Shown here: positions 42,081-51,551 of the stretch, in pieces
How positions within the stretch are numbered: position 1 is the stretch's first letter
Layout: each line of letters starts with the position of its first letter
NCBI RefSeq assembly: GCF_054482595.1
Contig: NZ_JBTHVH010000001.1
Length of the DNA: 64,000 nucleotides
Source of the DNA: a plasmid
Strand: one strand, 5' to 3'
Translations under genes and position numbers: made by a program
Notes under the pieces: generated by a model
The model's database searches: none
What the model was told of the DNA's origin: nothing
What the model saw: the letters and a program-made list of their open reading frames with translations, nothing else

Positions 42081-43385
42081 ATGGCTATACATGCAACAAC
42101 AATCCGTAATTTGCTCAATCAAGGTCCTATGACACCAAGACAATTGGTTGAAAGACTAGGTGTTAGCCAACCAACGATATCTAGAGCATTAAGAGATCTT
42201 GGTGATGAAATCGTTAGGATCGGAAATGGAAGATCTATTCAATATGCTTTACGAGACTCTTTTAGAGGATTCGAATCAGTCCCCATTTATCGTATAACTG
42301 AAGAGGGGTGTATTTGCGTTCTTGGTACTCTCATTCCGGTGAGGCCAGAAGGCTATGTTATGGTTGAGGAAGGGAAAAATAACAGGCATAGCGATGGGTT
42401 ACCTTGGTGGTTATTTGATATGCGTCCACAAGGCTTCCTTGGAAGAGCATATGCATCAGCATATGCTCTTGAACTTAACCTTCCCTCAAATCCAGAGCAA
42501 TGGTCAGATACTGACGTGATCAAAGCCTTACTTAAGCATGGGCATGATGTTGTTGGTAATTTGTTAATTGGAGAGCAAGCACGCACGCATTTTTTAGAGA
42601 TGCAGCCTCCTGTTCCTGTTAATCGTGAAAGTGAATATCCTGTATTAGCTTTAGCTGCTGGTGAAGGTGATGTGCCCGGTTCATCTGCTGGAGGTGAACA
42701 ACCCAAATTTTGTACTTTCACAGAGCGTGGACATGTATTAGTGAAATTCTCTGCGCCTAACGACACCCCTATAAGTGAGCGTTGGAGAGATCTCTTGTTT
42801 GCTGAACATCTCGCATTAAAAGTTCTGGGGGTAGAAACAGAAGTTTTTGATTATAACGGTCAGAGATTCTTGGAAATTCCCCGATTTGATCGTGTTGGTC
42901 AACTAGGTCGGGTAGGTGTATTCTCACTTCGTGCACTTGATGCAGAATTTGTTGGGAATGCAAGAGCAACATGGCCCTTGCTGGTTAAAGAGTTGGTAAA
43001 AAATAAGTGCGTCCATCCTGATGCGATTATTATAGCAACAAGGCTATGGTCTTTTGGTTTGCTAATAGGCAATACCGATATGCATAATGGTAACCTATCG
43101 TTTATTAGTAGCCACGGACGCCCATATCATATTGCTCCAGCCTATGACATGTTACCTATGGGTTTTGCTCCACGCTCTGGGGGAGCAATATCTAATGAGC
43201 TTAGAAAAACAGCACTACCAGACTTTGTAAGTCGAAAAATATGGGATGAATCTCTTGAATTGGCTGAAAAATTTTATGCATTGGCCTGTGAGTCCGACAA
43301 ATTCTCAGCTAACTTTACTCCATGTTTAGAAGCGCTACGCATCCACCTAGATGATTGTAAGATACGCATAGCCCGCCTGGCATAA
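42081..43385 (+). CDS. HipA-family Ser/Thr kinase with fused N-terminal HTH (YjjJ/HipH-like)
   Basis: HTH PRQLVERLGVSQPTISRALRDLG; kinase motifs GNTDMHNGNLSF and APAYDM; start uncertain (TTG 42021 or ATG 42081). Confidence 0.7.
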   Translation: MAIHATTIRNLLNQGPMTPRQLVERLGVSQPTISRALRDLGDEIVRIGNGRSIQYALRDSFRGFESVPIYRITEEGCICVLGTLIPVRPEGYVMVEEGKNNRHSDGLPWWLFDMRPQGFLGRAYASAYALELNLPSNPEQWSDTDVIKALLKHGHDVVGNLLIGEQARTHFLEMQPPVPVNRESEYPVLALAAGEGDVPGSSAGGEQPKFCTFTERGHVLVKFSAPNDTPISERWRDLLFAEHLALKVLGVETEVFDYNGQRFLEIPRFDRVGQLGRVGVFSLRALDAEFVGNARATWPLLVKELVKNKCVHPDAIIIATRLWSFGLLIGNTDMHNGNLSFISSHGRPYHIAPAYDMLPMGFAPRSGGAISNELRKTALPDFVSRKIWDESLELAEKFYALACESDKFSANFTPCLEALRIHLDDCKIRIARLA

Positions 43386-43390
43386 ACAAC

Positions 43391-43414
43391 AAATCCCGCC
43401 GATTGGCGGGATTT
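43391..43414. terminator. perfect hairpin AAATCCCGCC-GATT-GGCGGGATTT, bidirectional
   Basis: Between convergent hipA-like and hxr. Confidence 0.55.
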
Positions 43415-43416
43415 CT

Positions 43417-43725
43417 TCAATATACGATCTGGTCTGCATGATCACCAAAATCATCGTCGTCGTCCTCATCGCCACCATCTACTGCTGGCCAATCAACAAA
43501 CCAGCCAGCGTAAAGATGCAGCGTTCGGAGAACATCACTTGCGGGAGCATCAAGGGTGTTAACGAATCCCATATAGCTATTGGGATTTGCCCCAGCTATG
43601 GCTTCAGCGATCATGTCCTCGGTAATGTCACCGGAGATAATGCTTAAACGCCCGGAAACTTCTTCATTATCATCAAATTCGATAATGGCATCTCCGCCTA
43701 ATGGCGCTGCGATTTTAATCTGCAT
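43417..43725 (-). CDS. hxr: last gene of dar operon (hxr position), acidic 102-aa protein
   Basis: Position; name from memory. Confidence 0.35.
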   Translation of the reverse strand: MQIKIAAPLGGDAIIEFDDNEEVSGRLSIISGDITEDMIAEAIAGANPNSYMGFVNTLDAPASDVLRTLHLYAGWFVDWPAVDGGDEDDDDDFGDHADQIVY

Positions 43726-46702
43726 TATTTAGCTCCTTTGCCACACCTAATAACAGTTCCAGCAATCCGTCACCATTCATCAGTGATGCGGCAGCGGCCT
43801 CTTTGTCATGATACAACTGAAGAGCCATAGAGAATACTTCCGTTGCTGACGTTTTGGAAATAGTCGGTGATTTCTGCCGAATTTTCCCGGTGTTACTTAC
43901 TGAGGCTGGCGGGTATACCTTCGCCATATAAATATTACTCAATCGAGATCTGAAGCACCATTCAGGCTTGCCACGCCCACCGATATTAACGAAAGATGGC
44001 TTATCCCCTTCAACATTGGCCTTCAGGAATGACCGGGCTTTCTCTAACAAACCAGGGTTACTGTACTCAAGATGATGACCCAGCTCGTGCCACAGTGCAC
44101 TTGCATTTTCATCGTTCAAATTGACAGCAACAACACCATTAAGATTTGCATATGCCCTTCCCTGGTGGTGAACCACCTTTGATAAGGTCGATATTTTCCC
44201 GCCGGTCAGGCGATAAATATCAGCAAGTTCCTTGCGCAGGTCTATCCCACCACTCTGTCCAGCGCGGGCTTCTTCCACTTCTTCCGTGATAAAAGAGTCG
44301 GCCCACTCAAGAGCTTTTTCTTCAGATACGGATGAGTTGGCTATCGCACTATTCATGGCAGATAACACTTTCTCGTGGACCGAACCCATACTTCGCTGAT
44401 TCATTTGCCAGCGTGTCTGCGGGTTATATGAGAATCGCTTAAGTAGTTGGTCAAGATGCTCAAGTTCTTCTTCGCTGACATACTTTTTAGCCTCACCAAT
44501 AATGCCGGGGAGAATATTGCCGTTAGGATTAAACGCTCGCGAAAGGAAGAGTTTCAGCGCCCCCATGCCCTCCGATGCTTCAATATCACCAATAACACGG
44601 TTAACAATGGCCGCACTCTTCGGATTAGCATCCGCCAACGCTCTGGCTACGATTTGCAGGGACGATACGACCTCACGCTGCATATCAGTCCTGATCTCAT
44701 CAATAAACTCTGGCGTTATGCCGTGCTCTTTAAGGATATCCCTGCCTTCCGCCGTTACCCCATCGATATCACCGACATGTTTATTAACCTGACTTTGCAA
44801 TGCCTTAAATGCCTTCAGAATTCCACGGGCATCATCAGCTTTACTAACGGCCTTCCTGAATGCTGGCAAGAAGTCAGAGTTAACCTCATTTTGTTGATCG
44901 GCCCACTGAATGGAGGCTTCTTTCATCTCGTCCAGAGTCAGATCACCCAACGCGGTATGGTCTGTGAATATGAGCGACAACCTCTGAACCATTTCTGCCA
45001 ATGGTGATGCCGAATGCGCCGCGCTAAGGAATGCTTTCACCCTGGTTGGGCGAATGGAAAACCAGTCAATAGCTGGTGGCATATCTCCGTTTTTTATCGC
45101 CTGCGCTATCTCGTCAAAGCCATCGCGCCCAAGGGAGGATGCGTGATTTAACAAGCCGCGAAGTAACGAATTGCTGATACCGAATAATCGGCACCATTTT
45201 TTCACGTCGGCAACAGGCATTCGAACAAAATGCGCAAGCACTTGTACAAGCTGTTCATCCTGGGGATCTGTGCGGGAAAGCAGCCTGATCAGATGAATAA
45301 TGTCTTTGATGCCGGATGCCCGATGTAATAGCAAACTGGTATACGGAGCAACACCGTTGTAACTACCGCCGGAAACGGACTCGAAAAGACCGCCGGATAT
45401 CCCTTGCATGCCTTCGTTTTCCAGTTCCTGAGACACCTGGCGAAGGATATCCTGTAACGACACATCACCACCGCCAAACATATCCCCCAGCGCCTGGCCC
45501 TGGTGCTGTAACTCATCATTGATACGTTGAGCCATCAATTTAAAGGCGGTGGCCATACGCTTCGCGCTACGGTTATTCGCGACGATGAACAACGCGAGCG
45601 CTTTCACTTCCGGGGCTGTTTCGCTGAACATATCCCCCTGAGCAATAACATCGATAATATGTTGGCCTGACTCCTTCGATTGCCTTACCAGGTCTACCGC
45701 ATCTTTCAATGCCGCCAGCGCCTTTTTATCGAGACTATCCGCTGTCTCAATACCATCAACAATAGTTGTCACAGCCTGCTTGTGCGCTTCTCCTGATAAA
45801 GCCTGCATCTGGACAAAATCATTGGCTGCCGCATTAAGCGCCGTCAGAACATTACGCATATCCGGATCAGGTTCTTCTGCAACCATCCTTACCAGGCGCG
45901 CATCCTTATATGCCTTGGCAAAGATCGCGTTTTGTATACGGTCTACAAGTTGCCGTGTTGGTCGCCCATCTTCCGTTACAAGGCCAGCAGCCTGTGTGGC
46001 ACCAACTTGCGTCATGAATCCGCGAATAAACGCGTCATTACTGCGGCTAAGCAGATCTCCGCTTTCTGATGGGTTAAACAGCGTCATCATCGCCGGAGTT
46101 ATGCTGTCAGCATCAACAAAAGCCTTTTCACTGGCTGCCATTTCCTGAAGATCAGAAATATTTGAGTCCTTGGCAAACTGAACGCGGTCAACCTTAGTTA
46201 ACCGGCGGCGCACCAGTACCGGAGCCGCCATTGATTCAACCTTTTCAGGTCGTATGCCGAATTCGGTCGCATGATCAATCAGGTACTCACGATACCGATC
46301 CGCATTGCCGTCCTGATAGGCTTTGATGATCCCCATGGTCCGTCCATTACCTGACTCAACGGCATTGTCCTCACCAATTATCGGCGCGCCATGGCTGGAT
46401 AAACCGGAATCGGTAAGCTGGGCAGGACGCAAATCCTTGGATATCTGGTTGACCTGAAGAAGACTGGATGCGCGGGTCCGGTCGCGCGGCTGAAGTTCCT
46501 GGGGATAGTCAGGGTTAATTTTCCCGTCCAGAGTATTGGATACCAAAAGAGCTGAGGCATCGACGATATCAAACGCTGTTTTTACCTCGTCTCCCTTCGC
46601 TGTCACCACATACGAAACCCGCCCGTAATTGGGCAGGTTTTTTAGCAGCTCGATCAGCGTTTCTATGCTGGTGGCCATTACCACCTGATCGCTTAAGCTC
46701 AT
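43715..46702 (-). CDS. ddrB: DdrB (995 aa)
   Basis: Large ORF downstream of ddrA-darA. Confidence 0.55.
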   Translation of the reverse strand: MSLSDQVVMATSIETLIELLKNLPNYGRVSYVVTAKGDEVKTAFDIVDASALLVSNTLDGKINPDYPQELQPRDRTRASSLLQVNQISKDLRPAQLTDSGLSSHGAPIIGEDNAVESGNGRTMGIIKAYQDGNADRYREYLIDHATEFGIRPEKVESMAAPVLVRRRLTKVDRVQFAKDSNISDLQEMAASEKAFVDADSITPAMMTLFNPSESGDLLSRSNDAFIRGFMTQVGATQAAGLVTEDGRPTRQLVDRIQNAIFAKAYKDARLVRMVAEEPDPDMRNVLTALNAAANDFVQMQALSGEAHKQAVTTIVDGIETADSLDKKALAALKDAVDLVRQSKESGQHIIDVIAQGDMFSETAPEVKALALFIVANNRSAKRMATAFKLMAQRINDELQHQGQALGDMFGGGDVSLQDILRQVSQELENEGMQGISGGLFESVSGGSYNGVAPYTSLLLHRASGIKDIIHLIRLLSRTDPQDEQLVQVLAHFVRMPVADVKKWCRLFGISNSLLRGLLNHASSLGRDGFDEIAQAIKNGDMPPAIDWFSIRPTRVKAFLSAAHSASPLAEMVQRLSLIFTDHTALGDLTLDEMKEASIQWADQQNEVNSDFLPAFRKAVSKADDARGILKAFKALQSQVNKHVGDIDGVTAEGRDILKEHGITPEFIDEIRTDMQREVVSSLQIVARALADANPKSAAIVNRVIGDIEASEGMGALKLFLSRAFNPNGNILPGIIGEAKKYVSEEELEHLDQLLKRFSYNPQTRWQMNQRSMGSVHEKVLSAMNSAIANSSVSEEKALEWADSFITEEVEEARAGQSGGIDLRKELADIYRLTGGKISTLSKVVHHQGRAYANLNGVVAVNLNDENASALWHELGHHLEYSNPGLLEKARSFLKANVEGDKPSFVNIGGRGKPEWCFRSRLSNIYMAKVYPPASVSNTGKIRQKSPTISKTSATEVFSMALQLYHDKEAAAASLMNGDGLLELLLGVAKELNNAD

Positions 46703-46714
46703 CCCTGTTACGCC

Positions 46715-47080
46715 TTACTCTGCCTCTTTAATGTTGGCGGCTATCCATGCCGCCGTGTGCTGTTTAACCTGGTCCAGATCGATGTATGTGCCAACATATT
46801 GACTCAAGTCCTGCAACGTACCGATAAATGCATCGGTGCTCTGATCGACGAATTTATCAGCCAGGAAATCAGCAACCAGTTTTGGCACACCATCATGTAC
46901 CGAAGGTTGTTTTTCCTCGCCACTACTGCCGCCGGACACACCGTACCCCATCTGTTGCATGATCTGGTCAATTTCATCGCTGATATCCAGCAACTCCATG
47001 CCACTCGCGGTAGCCGCTTTGGACATCAGAGCATCCAACTTATCGCTGAGATCCATTAACTCAATAGCTGATAGTGTCAT
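46715..47080 (-). CDS. ddrA: DdrA (121 aa)
   Basis: Position. Confidence 0.5.
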   Translation of the reverse strand: MTLSAIELMDLSDKLDALMSKAATASGMELLDISDEIDQIMQQMGYGVSGGSSGEEKQPSVHDGVPKLVADFLADKFVDQSTDAFIGTLQDLSQYVGTYIDLDQVKQHTAAWIAANIKEAE

Positions 47081-48996
47081 GCCGCTACCCCCGCTTTCTG
47101 GATTGCTACCAACAGATCAGCCAGGTGGCGAGCTGCGCCGTTAACCAGCTCTTCGTTTTCCTCAAAACGTCCGGCAGCCTGAAGGGCTGCAATCGCTTCC
47201 CGGACATTGCCCCGGGCGTTACGGATCTCCGCCATGTCAGTGCTTTGTATATCCATCACGTTATTGAGATATTCAATGGCTTTATTAGCCTCTGCATCTG
47301 CTTCGCTAACCGTTTCATCAGGCTGTGCCGGGGCCGGTTCTGGCTGAGTAATCTCACCGACTTCGGCCTGCAATGCATTGATCATGCTCTGCACCATTTT
47401 CTCGGTGCCAGCGCCCCCAGGAAACGCAATATTGGGGAAAGTTTTTTGAAACTGAGTTTTCAGCATTACGCGGAACTCGTCTGGTGAGCTGGTGGCCAGC
47501 TCCAGAGCTTTTTGTGCATATTTGCCAAACGGACCATTAGTAAGTGTCTTCGCCAGGAAGTCGAAAGAATCCTCGCGAGGCAATAACTTCAGGTCGTACT
47601 CACTCATTTGCTGATCAGAAAGCGGGGTATCGTAAGTAGCAATGCCGTAGCGTGCATATTCATAATACGGGTCACCTTCATCAGGGCGCGGCAGAATTGC
47701 TTTGTTACCTTCAGGTATTGCGCCAGGGGCCGCCGGACGCATTTGCAAGGCATATCGATATGCACCTACAGAGACTTCTGGTTCAGGCGAAGAGCTACCG
47801 GTATCCTCCGCTGGTTCAGGTTCGACGTTTTCCGGTTTATGTTCTTCTGGTTGGACCAGATATTCCGATACATTACCCGCTTTGTAGGCTTTAAACAGCT
47901 TGCCGATCGCATCTGCCATGTCCACACCCTGTATGGATTTAGCCTTGATCATGTACACGCTGCCATCCGAATCGGTTAACTGGATATACCCTTCGCCGTC
48001 CTCAATGAATTGCTTCATTGATGCTCCATTACTGAGCGTCACTTCCCCGTTCATATGCATACGATTTTTGATACTGGCAAGGCGATCCGTCAGCGCGCGC
48101 GAGTGCCCACCAGTCATCCCCGCTGGATCAATGGTATCGCGCCCACCTGTGCGATTGAGCTGATCAATCTCCGTCTGCAAACGCTCATTCTCTTCATAAA
48201 GAGAATCCGCTTCCGATGCAACAGCGTTAATTTTCTGCTCCAGATCTACCTTCTGCCCTTCTACCGCTGCCACCTGATCCGCGAGGTCGCTCATGGCATC
48301 CTCTTTCTGGTCACTGTCAGCCTGTAGTTGGGTTATTTCATCAACCAGGGCTTTTTTCTTCTTCTGCGCACGCTGGAATTTTGCCGAGTTTTTCTCTGCA
48401 AGGTTGGCAAGTTTCATGGTGACCTGCGCCAGCGTCATATCACGTCCACTCATCGGAGCAACGGTGTGAGTAACGTCTTTTTTATTCAGTAAGAACTGGA
48501 AAGCAACCAGCGTATCGCTATTGGTGATCCGGTTTTCCGCTGTCGGGCTATGAAACAGAATGCTGATAGTCTGACCATCACTGAGCGGAATAATGGCTGG
48601 CAGGACCGGCAGCCCGTTAACGTTACGTGCCCGGCCAATTTCAGCACCGCCGATCGCGCGCGCGCCGCTCTGGGCCACCTCCCCCGTTTTATCACTCCCC
48701 GCAGAGATTCCGGTACCATTCAGCTTCTGGTTCAATGCCCGGACAAATGCCTGCATGGTCCGGTGTAACTGCAAACGAGTAGAACTAATCGCCTCCAGTA
48801 AATCCGTAGCACACCAGTGGATCGGCGTGTCATAGAAGAACGTAGCCTCGATTTCCTCCAGGGTGTTGGATTCCGTCATCAGATAGCGGTCCTCACCGGC
48901 CATTAATGCGCGATATTCATCATCAGTCACTGGCGGGGGAAGCACGTCAAGCCCAGGCTTGATCGTCACCCCTTTATTGATATTTAACTGTTCCAT
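47077..48996 (-). CDS. darA: DarA antirestriction/head protein
   Basis: 639 aa, matching remembered DarA size. Confidence 0.75.
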   Translation of the reverse strand: MEQLNINKGVTIKPGLDVLPPPVTDDEYRALMAGEDRYLMTESNTLEEIEATFFYDTPIHWCATDLLEAISSTRLQLHRTMQAFVRALNQKLNGTGISAGSDKTGEVAQSGARAIGGAEIGRARNVNGLPVLPAIIPLSDGQTISILFHSPTAENRITNSDTLVAFQFLLNKKDVTHTVAPMSGRDMTLAQVTMKLANLAEKNSAKFQRAQKKKKALVDEITQLQADSDQKEDAMSDLADQVAAVEGQKVDLEQKINAVASEADSLYEENERLQTEIDQLNRTGGRDTIDPAGMTGGHSRALTDRLASIKNRMHMNGEVTLSNGASMKQFIEDGEGYIQLTDSDGSVYMIKAKSIQGVDMADAIGKLFKAYKAGNVSEYLVQPEEHKPENVEPEPAEDTGSSSPEPEVSVGAYRYALQMRPAAPGAIPEGNKAILPRPDEGDPYYEYARYGIATYDTPLSDQQMSEYDLKLLPREDSFDFLAKTLTNGPFGKYAQKALELATSSPDEFRVMLKTQFQKTFPNIAFPGGAGTEKMVQSMINALQAEVGEITQPEPAPAQPDETVSEADAEANKAIEYLNNVMDIQSTDMAEIRNARGNVREAIAALQAAGRFEENEELVNGAARHLADLLVAIQKAGVAA

Positions 48997-48997
48997 G

Positions 48998-49609
48998 TTA
49001 ATTTCCTGCTTTCAGTTGCTTAAGACGACGTTTGAGTTCGCCATTCCGTGCCTTTTCGTTATTGAGTCGGCCCGTCTCCTTATCCAGCTTCGCCCGCAAA
49101 TCAGTGATCTGCTGTTGATTGAAAGACACCGAATTCTGCGCGGACTTATAAGCGGCAACCACCTGAGCATTCCGCTGTTTTGCTTCTTGCAGGCGCTGAA
49201 AGTTGGATTTAACTGCCGGTTTCTTGTCTACCGGATTGGCAACACGCTTCGCTTTGGCGATCAGTGATTTCTGGAATTTTGCGGAGTTTTTGCGGGCCGC
49301 CTGTCCCATGACGGTACCAAGCGTCTTGATATCCGGCGACTGAGCGTTAGGAATAGCTTTTCCATTCAGTTTCACAGACGATATATCGCCAGTATCGTTT
49401 ACCTGTATGGCAAGAATTTGTCCGTCGTTAAGAACCAGCTTTGCGGTTTTAACTTTAACGCCATCTTTCGTTGTTGCGCGGTTGCTGGAGTCAACCTCAA
49501 TTACCGTAACACCGGTTTTATTGATCGCCGCGATAAGGGATTTCAGCCCCTTTTCATTAACCTGGTCAAAATCGACCGTTGCATACTTATTTTTCGTCAT
49601 CTGACACAT
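48998..49609 (-). CDS. hdf: Hdf (203 aa)
   Basis: Position upstream of darA. Confidence 0.5.
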   Translation of the reverse strand: MCQMTKNKYATVDFDQVNEKGLKSLIAAINKTGVTVIEVDSSNRATTKDGVKVKTAKLVLNDGQILAIQVNDTGDISSVKLNGKAIPNAQSPDIKTLGTVMGQAARKNSAKFQKSLIAKAKRVANPVDKKPAVKSNFQRLQEAKQRNAQVVAAYKSAQNSVSFNQQQITDLRAKLDKETGRLNNEKARNGELKRRLKQLKAGN

Positions 49610-50030
49610 CCTGTGCGAGATTTATTACGTAACTTCTGCGGATTTGCTGAGTAACAGGGAAAATCCGATACAACGGGTTAATGAACGAGTCGCCATGCGT
49701 AACCATGATGTTGAAATGCCACAGTCGCTCTCCTTTACCCATATATTCAGTGGGTATGTACAACCATTCACTGTTTTCGCCCTGTTCAGCCGACGTCAGA
49801 CAACGTTGTTCACCTTCAATCACTGTCGTCGGCTTCTGAACATCGCGGATCCAATATCTGACCGTTGCGCCGCGCAAAAACGGGAATTTAGACCGGTACT
49901 TGAACGGCACCCGGATGAAACCCGGTTTAATTTCCACATCACCAAGTTCTAAATGCGTGATGTCCTTGCGTTTTAGCAAATAGCGATCGGCTAAGGCTAA
50001 CGCAAGAACGCATACACCCCAGCCAATCAT
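49587..50030 (-). CDS. lydB: LydB
   Basis: 147 aa after holin. Confidence 0.5.
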   Translation of the reverse strand: MIGWGVCVLALALADRYLLKRKDITHLELGDVEIKPGFIRVPFKYRSKFPFLRGATVRYWIRDVQKPTTVIEGEQRCLTSAEQGENSEWLYIPTEYMGKGERLWHFNIMVTHGDSFINPLYRIFPVTQQIRRSYVINLAQDVSDDEK

Positions 50031-50356
50031 TTCCCGCCTCCCTTTTTCACCAAACTTGTAAGAACATTCAGAATGCTATCGATATTCACTCGTTTCATCC
50101 CTGAAATCACCTCATGACCGTTATTGCTGGCTATCGTTACCATTAAGTACGTAATTGATAACTCCCAGCCCTCGTGTTGCCCCAATAGGTACGCCACCGC
50201 GCCAGCTGTCACTGCAACAAAGATCTCCGTAACCAATCCCAACAAATTGCCAGACTGGCGACCGTCTCGGACATCCATCAGGAACGTGCCTATCCCACCA
50301 ATTACTGAAAGCAGGAGCGCAATAGCAACTGGAGCTAATTCCTGTGTGTCAAGCAC
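50027..50356 (-). CDS. lydA: LydA holin
   Basis: 109 aa with hydrophobic helices. Confidence 0.6.
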   Translation of the reverse strand: MLDTQELAPVAIALLLSVIGGIGTFLMDVRDGRQSGNLLGLVTEIFVAVTAGAVAYLLGQHEGWELSITYLMVTIASNNGHEVISGMKRVNIDSILNVLTSLVKKGGGK

Positions 50357-50423
50357 AAGTTCCCTCCTACGTTGTCAGGAGGTAATGGTATGCAAAGTAA
50401 CTTCTCAACCGGTCATTTGTTGC

Positions 50424-50705
50424 TTAAGAGGCATTTCTATTGAGGTACGAATCGATAATCCTTTGTAACTTTTCAAGAATGAGCCTGTTATTGATGCTGC
50501 AAATAATAGTCACGCAATTCTGAAGACTTTCATCCATACCCTTATATTCCGCGAAATACATGCCTATAAAGCCTGCAAGTACGGCAGCAATACACTCGGC
50601 CATCAATTGCCTGTATGACGCTTCGTAACGTTTTTCACGAACCCCATTCAGAAACGAATGCACCCCGCCAAGGATGGAGAGGAGCATTATTGTGAAATCA
50701 CACAT
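50424..50705 (-). CDS. LydC-like holin-family membrane protein
   Basis: 93 aa, hydrophobic helices. Confidence 0.4.
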   Translation of the reverse strand: MCDFTIMLLSILGGVHSFLNGVREKRYEASYRQLMAECIAAVLAGFIGMYFAEYKGMDESLQNCVTIICSINNRLILEKLQRIIDSYLNRNAS

Positions 50706-50832
50706 AACTATTTCCTTAATAGTGAATTAAATATCATTGGGAAACGGTATGTACTTTGTGATTTCCACACATACTGGTTTTTGTTAATTAAAATCCGCAG
50801 CTTGCTATAAATAACGATAGTGAGCAGAAAAT

Positions 50833-50967
50833 ATGCTAATAGGCTATGTACGCGTATCAACAAATGAACAAAACACTGCTTTACAACGAAACGCTCTTGA
50901 AAGCGCAGGATGTGAGCTAATTTTTGAGGACAAGGCGAGTGGAAAAAAGGCTGAACGACCAGAGTGA
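50833..50967 (+). pseudogene. cin: cin remnant: first 44 codons of a Cin/Hin-family serine invertase, then stop
   Basis: [44 protein letters not shown] then TGA; resolvase-family N-terminus with catalytic Ser. Confidence 0.6.
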
Positions 50968-51140
50968 AAAAGGCTTTTGATAGGTAAACTCTGGTCGTAT
51001 GAAAGTTAAATTTGCGTGGGTGCAGCATGCGCTCACTCTTGAGGCATGAACGGTAATCATCTGATAACTTGTAGCTCGATTATCCGGACGCACTGGAACC
51101 AGTCGATGCTTCCAGCGATCCAGATATTTCATTAAATGGA

Positions 51141-51551
51141 CTACGCCTCCGGGAACGCTGGCCAATTGACATCTGGTGCAGTGCTGGTATCCGTTGCGGT
51201 CACCGCATCGATATAATCCAGCACAGCGTTAAGACGGGTGGTTTCAGCCTGCGTAAGATTCCGCCCGGCCTGTAATTTCAGTTGAATAAGACTAATGGAA
51301 GCCATTGCGGTATCAATCAGCGACTGTTTTTTCTGTTCAGCGTCAGCTACCAGTTCATCATGAGAACGTTCCGGAGTGGGTGGCGCAGTAAATCCCCCGT
51401 CTGAATACACCCAGCCGATTCCGGGCTGCTCACTGATATCAGAAATATTAATGAGCTGCTGATTATCCGGCACTGTGAATTCAGCCTCGCCATCCCAGAC
51501 AATGACATTCACAACCATCCCATTTTCAATAACTGCATATGATGTATTCAT
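51141..51551 (-). CDS. tail fibre assembly/chaperone protein (U-like)
   Basis: ATG at 51551 overlaps S stop (TAATG); ends ...NWPAFPEA. Confidence 0.6.
   Translation of the reverse strand: MNTSYAVIENGMVVNVIVWDGEAEFTVPDNQQLINISDISEQPGIGWVYSDGGFTAPPTPERSHDELVADAEQKKQSLIDTAMASISLIQLKLQAGRNLTQAETTRLNAVLDYIDAVTATDTSTAPDVNWPAFPEA

Noticed and set aside
50708-51165. minus-strand ORFs of 106 and 82 aa
   Set aside because: Overlap the cin remnant antisense and the lydC-cin intergenic region; no SD or recognisable features.
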